Part shown: positions 39,001 through 44,990 of the stretch, in pieces
How the letters are laid out: each line of letters starts with the position of its first letter
Position numbering within the stretch: position 1 is the stretch's first letter
DNA from: a virus
DNA: 64,000 bases
Strand: one strand, 5' to 3'
Virus record (IMG/VR): IMGVR_UViG_3300021961_000044
Coordinates: 1 to 64,000 of that record
Translations under genes and position numbers: made by a program
The notes under the pieces: generated by a model
Database searches by the model: none
What the model was told of the DNA's origin: nothing
What the model saw: the letters and a program-made list of their open reading frames with translations, nothing else

Positions 39001-39282
39001 TTCAATACAACATCGGACATTACACTGAAGAAAAATGTCAATATTATTGAAAATGCTATTGATTCGGTAAAACTTATCAACGGTGTCAAATTTGACTGGA
39101 AAGATAACGGAAGACCTTCTATTGGTGTTATCGCTCAAGATGTTGAGCAAGTTTATCCAGAATTGGTTTATGAAGTAGACGGACAGAAGACATTAAACTA
39201 TAGCGGTTTAATAGGTGTTCTTGTTGAAGCAGTTAAAGACCTTCAGCAACAAATTAACAATCTAAATAGTACTACAGGTTAA
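36085..39282 (+). CDS. Collagen-like fibre with Mtd N-terminal domain and C-terminal peptidase S74 intramolecular chaperone, 1065 aa
   Basis: RIQIRRGTAAAWTSANPILAEGELGVELDT (Mtd_N-like); long G-X-Y tracts; TSDITLKKN...GVIAQDVE...LNYSGLIGVLVEAVKDL (S74-type). Confidence 0.88.
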   Translation: MATRIQIRRGTAAAWTSANPILAEGELGVELDTQKFKIGIGTTSWSGLSYATGIQGTTGAQGIQGTTGIQGDTGIQGITGRGLNIVGNVATVGDLPDPYSGSIGDAYVVTGTGDLHVYNGTSFDNVGQIVGPQGTTGAQGTQGIQGESIQGTTGYNGTQGTQGIQGDDGAQGIAGAFAAQGIQGTQGIQGREPDVAQTEKNTITFSATEGQVSFGATYVPNAIDVYLNGVRLSESEYVGTSGTHILLNDGANIGDVLDLVKFDFGNAFRGLQGVQGLQGLQGVQGLQGPQGTTGIQGDVGIQGSTGAQGTQGVQGTTGIQGDVGTQGTQGVQGVQGEIGSQGLDGAYAAQGIQGIQGIQGLTPDVAQTSKTTISFSANEGQTSFAGTYVAGAIDVFLNGVRLSESEYVGTSATNIVLNDPANAGDVLDLVKFDFGNALRGLQGVQGTQGIQGDLGIQGIQGLDGAYAAQGIQGPQGTDGVQGTSGRGVTILGSVSTSTNLPGYPTSYGGSVGDGYITLDTGHLWTWNGSSWDDVGNITGPQGTTGTQGTRGIQGTTGSQGQTGIQGDLGIQGIQGEALQGVQGTTGIQGDLGIQGATGAGIQGATGTQGETGTQGTTGTQGLDGAFAAQGIQGIQGIQGLTPDVAQTSKSTITFSANEGQTSFAGTYVAGAIDVYLNGVRLSDSEYVGTSATNIVLNDPANAGDVLDLVKFDFGNALRGLQGIQGTTGIQGFTGIQGSDGAQGLAGEYAAQGIQGTDGSQGTDGTQGTTGPQGTTGTQGTTGTQGTQGIQGDSGRGVTILGSVSTYTSLPGYPTSYSGNIGDGYITTNTGHLWTWNGSSWDDVGNITGPQGTTGTQGTQGVQGPSIQGAQGTTGIQGTTGTQGTTGPQGTTGLQGTTGLQGLTGIQGDTGLQGLTGVQGTDGLGALTGVTSVTSGTFFPLFVSGTGDVSPNIRTEATAFGYDAGTNTVTATNFNTTSDITLKKNVNIIENAIDSVKLINGVKFDWKDNGRPSIGVIAQDVEQVYPELVYEVDGQKTLNYSGLIGVLVEAVKDLQQQINNLNSTTG
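36660..38240 (+). repeat. Three copies of a ~75-aa beta-sandwich module (about 36660-36893, 37170-37403, 38010-38240) in the collagen fibre
   Basis: PDVAQT.K.TI.FSA.EGQ.SF..TYV..AIDV.LNGVRLS.SEYVGTS.T.I.LND.AN.GDVLDLVKFDFGNA.RG repeated three times. Confidence 0.9.
37645..38642 (+). repeat. 71-bp exact direct repeat (37645-37715 and 38572-38642)
   Basis: ggtcacttatggacttggaacggtagttcttgggacgatgttggtaacatcacaggtccacaaggaactac occurs twice, 927 bp apart. Confidence 0.9.
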
Positions 39283-39291
39283 TCTAGATAA

Positions 39292-39744
39292 ATGAACAAA
39301 ACTAGAGAAGTTGCAAACTTAGTTACTGAGAATAATATCTTTGTTAGCACCTCTAATAATAGAGTTGGCGTCGGATCCACTGTACCAGTAAGTAAACTCG
39401 ATGTTACTGGAGATGTGACTGCTGACAACTTCAATTCGGCTTCTGATGAGTCGATGAAGAAAAATATTGTCAGTATCGCAGATGCTATCGCAAAACTCGA
39501 TAGAATCAATGGCGTTTCTTTCGTATGGAAAGAAACAAATACCAAATCATATGGAGTTACTGCTCAAAATGTTCAGAGCGTATTTCCAGAACTGGTAAAT
39601 GATAATGGATCACACTTAACAGTCAATTATAATGGGTTAATTGGCGTTTTGATTGCTGCCGTAAAAGAACAACAAAAACTAATTGGTACTTTGTCGGACA
39701 GATTAGATGCTTTAGAAGGAAATAACCAAAGTGAAAACGTTTAA
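39292..39744 (+). CDS. Mini-fibre with peptidase S74 chaperone domain, 150 aa
   Basis: ASDESMKKNI...INGVSFVWKE...GVTAQNVQSVFPELV...VNYNGLIGVLIAAVKE. Confidence 0.8.
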   Translation: MNKTREVANLVTENNIFVSTSNNRVGVGSTVPVSKLDVTGDVTADNFNSASDESMKKNIVSIADAIAKLDRINGVSFVWKETNTKSYGVTAQNVQSVFPELVNDNGSHLTVNYNGLIGVLIAAVKEQQKLIGTLSDRLDALEGNNQSENV

Positions 39745-39886
39745 ACAATTTCAAGAGGATTGGAGTAATAAATATAAAAAGAGTATCGATTGCTCTAACC
39801 CAAAAGGATTTTCCCAAAAAGCACATTGTGCGGGAAGAGCAAAAAGAGCAAGAGGTGAGAAAACAGCATCTAAATCAGTTTCATGA
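39731..39886 (+). CDS. Small basic putative capsid-internal protein, 51 aa (MKTFKQFQEDWSNKYKKSIDCSNPKGFSQKAHCAGR...)
   Basis: GTG 39731 to TGA 39886, coupled by ATGA to the next gene. N-terminus resembles the T4 capsid-targeting sequence. Not in the ORF track. Confidence 0.7.
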   Translation: MKTFKQFQEDWSNKYKKSIDCSNPKGFSQKAHCAGRAKRARGEKTASKSVS

Positions 39887-41325
39887 AAAAGTATTGTCGT
39901 CTTTGTAAGAAAAAAGAACATCGTGAGGAATGCGGATTTGGTCCCAAAATGTGGGACAAGTATTCTGTAGATGATGCTACCGATAAAGAGCAAGAAACTG
40001 CTGCGAAAGAATCTGGAATTATTGATGTTGAAGAAGAAAACAAGAGTGGTGATAGTTCTTTGCGTGACTGGTTTACTAAGAGTCGCGCTTCTGATGGCAC
40101 CCCTGGTTGGGTTCAATTGGGCGGCAAATATGCAGGAAAACCCTGCGCCAAACAACCAGGACAAACAACTAAACCCAAGTGCGGTTCCAGCAAAATGAAG
40201 CGCAATCTTGACAAAGGTGAAGAAGAAGCGGCATTCCGTCGTAAAAATCGTAAAGATCCAAATCCAGATAGAGAGGGTAAGGCAATCAACGTGGCTACTG
40301 AAGAAATGAATTTGGATGAAAAGTGCTGGCAAGGATACACACAGAAAGGTATGAAAAAGAAAGGCAATAAAGTTGTTCCTAACTGTGTTTCTGTTGGCGA
40401 GGAAAAAGAAAAAGATCACGAATACTCTATGGCTCGTTCTGAGATAAAAACTCTCAAAAATGCTGCTAAGAGATTAGAAAAGAAAATGGGCAAAAAGGGT
40501 GAGGGAAATCTTGAAGCCTGGGTTCAATCCAAAATCACAAAAGCGGCGGATTATATTGACACAGCTGCGGACTATGTTACCAATGAAGAAAAAGATGCAT
40601 GTTACCATAAGGTAAAGTCTCGTTATAAAGTTTGGCCAAGTGCATATGCTTCTGGTGCATTAGTTAAGTGTCGCAAAAAAGGTGCTAAAAACTGGGGCAA
40701 GAGTACCAATAAAGAAGGATATGAATATTCAAACTGGAGAGAAGACTTCAAAGCAATGGAATATGAATTCATTGATGTGATTACTCCAGATCCACTGGAA
40801 CCAACAAAGGGAATTGGCAGTGAAATGATCGGAATTGAAGAGGCAGTAAGAGTTCCTCAAAAAACAGGAACAATTGTTTTTGTATACCTTACTTTTAGAG
40901 GAAAAGCATATACCATTCAAATGTTCTTCCCATCAGTAAAACTTCCAAGTAGATCTGAAATTCAAGATCAGATTGATAAGGTATATCCTGGAGGAAAGGT
41001 GAGAAGTTATCACACATCTGATTACAAACCAGGAGAACCAGTTTTTCATACAGAAGATTGGCAAAAAGTTAATAGACAAGATAAAACCGATGGATTAAGT
41101 CCTGCTGCTGTAAAAGCATACCGCAGAGAAAATCCAGGTTCTAAACTGAAGACCGCTGTGACCAAGAAACCATCAGAACTTAAAGCAGGTTCTAAGGATG
41201 CAAAGCGTCGTAAGTCGTTCTGTTCAAGAATGAGTGGCATGAAGAGGCGTCTCACTTCTGCTAAAACTGCCAGAGATCCTGATAGCAGAATCAACAAAGC
41301 ACTCCGTCGTTGGAACTGTAACTAA
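39883..41325 (+). CDS. Multi-module basic protein, probable capsid-internal polyprotein, 480 aa
   Basis: Lys/Arg/Cys-rich modules separated by Glu-ending linkers; C-terminal RRKSFCSRM...DPDSRINKALRRWNC. Confidence 0.7.
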   Translation: MKKYCRLCKKKEHREECGFGPKMWDKYSVDDATDKEQETAAKESGIIDVEEENKSGDSSLRDWFTKSRASDGTPGWVQLGGKYAGKPCAKQPGQTTKPKCGSSKMKRNLDKGEEEAAFRRKNRKDPNPDREGKAINVATEEMNLDEKCWQGYTQKGMKKKGNKVVPNCVSVGEEKEKDHEYSMARSEIKTLKNAAKRLEKKMGKKGEGNLEAWVQSKITKAADYIDTAADYVTNEEKDACYHKVKSRYKVWPSAYASGALVKCRKKGAKNWGKSTNKEGYEYSNWREDFKAMEYEFIDVITPDPLEPTKGIGSEMIGIEEAVRVPQKTGTIVFVYLTFRGKAYTIQMFFPSVKLPSRSEIQDQIDKVYPGGKVRSYHTSDYKPGEPVFHTEDWQKVNRQDKTDGLSPAAVKAYRRENPGSKLKTAVTKKPSELKAGSKDAKRRKSFCSRMSGMKRRLTSAKTARDPDSRINKALRRWNCN

Positions 41326-41654
41326 TGAAAAACTTCAAACAATTTCTATCAGAAAGCGTCACTATTCACGGTGATTTTAATGGAACTCTTAATGTAGGTT
41401 CTGATCCAGTTCAACAAAAAGTTAATGAGCAGAATCAATATATTGCTGATGTTGTTTGGATGGGAAGTATTTACAGAATGAAAATCGAAAGAAAAGAATC
41501 GTTAAGACTTCCATCGACTCAAGAACTAGCAGAACAACTCCAGGGAGAATATCCTGGAGCAATCGTTCAAAGGATTTATCCATTAGAACCAAAACCAACA
41601 GTAAAAATCGCAGACGTAAAAAGGTATCATCCAGGAAAATTAGAGTGGGTATAA
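41325..41654 (+). CDS. Putative capsid-internal protein, 109 aa
   Basis: N-terminal MKNFKQFLSE, capsid-targeting-like and sharing FLSE with the predicted gp23 maturation site. Confidence 0.7.
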   Translation: MKNFKQFLSESVTIHGDFNGTLNVGSDPVQQKVNEQNQYIADVVWMGSIYRMKIERKESLRLPSTQELAEQLQGEYPGAIVQRIYPLEPKPTVKIADVKRYHPGKLEWV

Positions 41655-41657
41655 ATT

Positions 41658-43022
41658 ATGGCTCAGTGGAATAAAGAAACTCAAGATTATTTAAATCAAG
41701 AAAGAACTCTTCATGAAGTTTTCATGTGTGCCGACAGGTATGGCAACATTGGAAATTGTGGCGTTTCCACTGGTGCTGGTGGCGGTAGTTATGATGCTTT
41801 TGGTCGTTCCAGAGTATCAGAACCATTCACGCTTGCTGATTATTCTCATCAATATGGACTCAATGAAGAGATTTTATCAAAGACAGTTGGCACTGCTTCT
41901 ACAGTAGTACATGAACGGAATAAAGCATCAGCATCTCTAGTTGTTGGAACTGGTGCTACAGATAAAACCATTCACCAGACTCGTATGTATCACCATTACA
42001 TGCCTGGTAAGTCTCAGTTTGCTCTGTCCAGTTTCAATTTTCAAGATGTCAGAGAGAACACCGTAAAGAGAACTGGATACTTTGACGACTACAATGGTGT
42101 TTTTGTTCAACAAGAAGGTGATGGAACAGTTTCTATCGTAAGAAGAGATTATGTTTCTGGCATTACATCTGACACGGTTATCAATCAGTCCAGTTGGAAT
42201 CTTGATAAACTAGATGGAACAACTGTATCCGGTATTGAACTAGATTTTACTAAAACTCAATTATTCGCAACAGACTTTCAGTGGTTAGGTGTTGGTAGAC
42301 TTCGTTGTGGATTTGTCATTGGTGGACAACTTATCTACTGCCATGAGTTCAATCATTCCAATATAGAAGAGAATGTCTATTGGTCTCAACCATCACTACC
42401 TATTCGTTGCGAGGTAGCAAATACGGGTGCTGCTGTTGGCATTACATCTATGCAGCAGATTTGTTCTACCGTCATGAGTGAAGGTGGATATGAGGAAAGT
42501 GGATTTGAATTCTCTACTGGCGATACAACTGCAATTTCTCTTCCTGGTTCTAATAATGCTCCTAATCATATCAAGTGTGTAATAGCAATTCGTCTTAAGA
42601 ATACTATTAATGGGTATCAAAATAGAACGACTGTAAGGATTACAAACCTGGAACTTCTGTCTACTGCGGCACCTTGTAAGTTTGACCTTTACAGAATGCC
42701 TAGTAATTCTAATATTACTGGAGGAACATGGGTAGATTTTGATGGTGATTATTCTGGTGTCCAGTATAATGTTGGTGTTGGAACAAACTTTAATCTCACT
42801 GGAGCATATTCCAAACTCACTGGATTCTTAGCAGCAAACAATCCTTCGGGCAACCAAAATTCTGGCGATGCTCGTCTCAGTCCATCTGCAGCAAAAAAAT
42901 CTTATCTATCACAGAACATAGATAGTAATGATAGTAATATTTTTGCTGTAGTAGTTCAAAATATGACAACAAATACGGCAAATGAAATTTATGCTGCAGT
43001 TCAATGGAGAGAAACTAGATAG
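41658..43022 (+). CDS. Virion structural protein (beta-rich), 454 aa
   Basis: MAQWNK...DAFGRSRVSEPFTL...YMPGKSQ...DFQWLGVGRLRCGF; sits directly upstream of gp17. Confidence 0.7.
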   Translation: MAQWNKETQDYLNQERTLHEVFMCADRYGNIGNCGVSTGAGGGSYDAFGRSRVSEPFTLADYSHQYGLNEEILSKTVGTASTVVHERNKASASLVVGTGATDKTIHQTRMYHHYMPGKSQFALSSFNFQDVRENTVKRTGYFDDYNGVFVQQEGDGTVSIVRRDYVSGITSDTVINQSSWNLDKLDGTTVSGIELDFTKTQLFATDFQWLGVGRLRCGFVIGGQLIYCHEFNHSNIEENVYWSQPSLPIRCEVANTGAAVGITSMQQICSTVMSEGGYEESGFEFSTGDTTAISLPGSNNAPNHIKCVIAIRLKNTINGYQNRTTVRITNLELLSTAAPCKFDLYRMPSNSNITGGTWVDFDGDYSGVQYNVGVGTNFNLTGAYSKLTGFLAANNPSGNQNSGDARLSPSAAKKSYLSQNIDSNDSNIFAVVVQNMTTNTANEIYAAVQWRETR

Positions 43023-43032
43023 GTAATTTTTT

Positions 43033-44679
43033 ATGAGTGAAGTATATCTTGGTAATCCCAATCTAAAAAAAGCAAATACTCAAATTGAATTTACGGAAGA
43101 ACAGGTCCGTGAATTTATTAAATGTAAAGATGACCCTGTTTATTTTACAAGAAATTATATTAAAATTGTCTCTCTCGATGAAGGTCTTACGCAATTCAAT
43201 CCATATCACTTTCAAGAAAAATTAATTCACAATTTTCATGAAAACAGATTTAACATTTGTAAGATGCCTCGCCAGACGGGCAAATCTACAACTGTCGTAT
43301 CTTACCTGCTCCACTATGCAGTTTTTAATGATAGTGTTAATATTGGCATCCTCGCTAACAAAGCAGCAACCGCAAGAGAATTGTTAGGTAGATTACAAAC
43401 CGCATATGAGAACTTGCCCAAATGGATGCAGCAGGGTATTATTTCATGGAATAAAGGTTCGCTGGAGTTGGAGAATGGCAGTAAGATATTGGCAGCTTCT
43501 ACGTCTGCAAGTGCTGTCCGAGGTATGTCGTTTAACATCCTCTTTCTCGACGAGTTCGCGTTCGTCCCGAATCATGTTGCTGACTCGTTCTTTGCATCTG
43601 TTTATCCTACTATTACTTCTGGTAAAAACACCAAAGTAATCATTGTATCTACTCCACATGGTATGAATCATTTCTACCGTTTGTGGCATGATGCAGAAAA
43701 AAGAAAGAATGATTATATACCAACAGACGTTCATTGGTCTGAAGTTCCTGGTAGAGATTTGGAATGGAAAGAACAAACGATTAAAAATACTTCCGAACAA
43801 CAATTCAAAATTGAGTTTGAATGCGAATTTCTTGGATCTGTCGATACCTTAATTAATCCATCAAAATTAAAAAGTTTTGTTTATGATGATCCCATACAAA
43901 AAAATGCTGGATTAGATGTATATGAAGCAGTAAAAGAAAATCATGATTATGTTTGCACTGTTGACGTTGCTAGAGGAGTTGGAGAAGATTATTCCGCATT
44001 TGTAGTTGTTGATATAACAGAATTTCCACATAAAGTAGTAGCAAAATATAGAAACAATGAAATTAAACCAATGTTGTTTCCGAATATAATATATGAAGTA
44101 TGCAAGAGTTATAATAATGCATATATTCTTTGCGAAGTAAATGATATTGGAGATCAAGTAGCAAGTATTCTCCAATATGATTTGGAATACCAAAATCTTC
44201 TTATGTGTTCTATGAGAGGTAGAGCAGGACAAATTGTTGGACAAGGATTTTCTGGAAAGAAAACACAATTGGGCGTCAAGATGTCCAAAACTGTTAAAAA
44301 AGTTGGATCATTGAATCTTAAGACTTTAATCGAAGAAAATAAACTCATATTCAATGATTATGAAATAATCTCAGAACTTACTACTTTTATATCAAAACAC
44401 AATTCATTTGAAGCTGAAGAAGGTTGCAATGATGACCTTGCAATGTGTCTTGTCATTTATGCATGGTTGGTCCAGATGGACTACTTCAAGGAACTTACTG
44501 ATCAAGATGTTCGTAAAAGATTATATGAAGAACAAAAAAATCAAATTGAACAGGACATGTCTCCTTTCGGATTTATTGTTGATGGAGTAAATGATTTGGA
44601 TAGTTTTGTCGATGCTGAAGGAGATAGATGGCATGTTGATGAATATGGAGACAGAGCATATATGTGGGAGTATATGTGA
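43033..44679 (+). CDS. gp17: Terminase large subunit gp17
   Basis: YLGNPNLKKAN; Walker A PRQTGKST; Walker B ILFLDEFAF; STPHG; nuclease DVARG...DYSA...NDDLAM. Confidence 0.98.
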   Translation: MSEVYLGNPNLKKANTQIEFTEEQVREFIKCKDDPVYFTRNYIKIVSLDEGLTQFNPYHFQEKLIHNFHENRFNICKMPRQTGKSTTVVSYLLHYAVFNDSVNIGILANKAATARELLGRLQTAYENLPKWMQQGIISWNKGSLELENGSKILAASTSASAVRGMSFNILFLDEFAFVPNHVADSFFASVYPTITSGKNTKVIIVSTPHGMNHFYRLWHDAEKRKNDYIPTDVHWSEVPGRDLEWKEQTIKNTSEQQFKIEFECEFLGSVDTLINPSKLKSFVYDDPIQKNAGLDVYEAVKENHDYVCTVDVARGVGEDYSAFVVVDITEFPHKVVAKYRNNEIKPMLFPNIIYEVCKSYNNAYILCEVNDIGDQVASILQYDLEYQNLLMCSMRGRAGQIVGQGFSGKKTQLGVKMSKTVKKVGSLNLKTLIEENKLIFNDYEIISELTTFISKHNSFEAEEGCNDDLAMCLVIYAWLVQMDYFKELTDQDVRKRLYEEQKNQIEQDMSPFGFIVDGVNDLDSFVDAEGDRWHVDEYGDRAYMWEYM

Positions 44680-44909
44680 TGGATCTAGATGGGCAAATAA
44701 AGTTAGGTCATTTGTTATTGTCTGATAGAAAATGTAGAACTTGCAAAGAAATTAAAAATTTAGTTGATAGTTTCTATAGAACTAGAAAAGATAGAGGAGC
44801 AGTTGCTTCTTCATATTCATATGAATGTAAAGAGTGTACTAAAAAAAGAATCGTTATTGGGAGAATGGTTTCTAATGTATTGAATAAATGGGAATATCCT
44901 GATTGGTAG
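44679..44909 (+). CDS. Small Zn-binding protein (two CxxC), likely start at ATG 44679
   Basis: CRTC...FYRTRK...YECKEC; TGATG overlap with the gp17 stop codon. Confidence 0.7.
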   Translation: MDLDGQIKLGHLLLSDRKCRTCKEIKNLVDSFYRTRKDRGAVASSYSYECKECTKKRIVIGRMVSNVLNKWEYPDW

Positions 44910-44945
44910 TTCACGTCACATTTCCCCACTGAAAACATATTTTTT

Positions 44946-44953
44946 AATAAATA
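44946..44953 (+). promoter_or_regulatory. Late promoter
   Basis: AATAAATA upstream of gp18, followed by a GGAG RBS. Confidence 0.7.
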
Positions 44954-44990
44954 TTTCCAGACAAACTGAGATTTTAACACGGAGAAAAAC

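Noticed and set aside
36085-39282. Diversity-generating retroelement suggested by the Mtd-like domain and near-identical repeats
   Set aside because: Only the Mtd N-terminal anchor is present. The repeats are in-frame coding modules without adenine-specific mismatches, and there is no reverse transcriptase in the window.
39751-40419. 222-aa minus-strand Phe-rich ORF
   Set aside because: Mirror of Lys/Glu-rich plus-strand genes (AAA/GAA read as TTT/TTC); no independent evidence.
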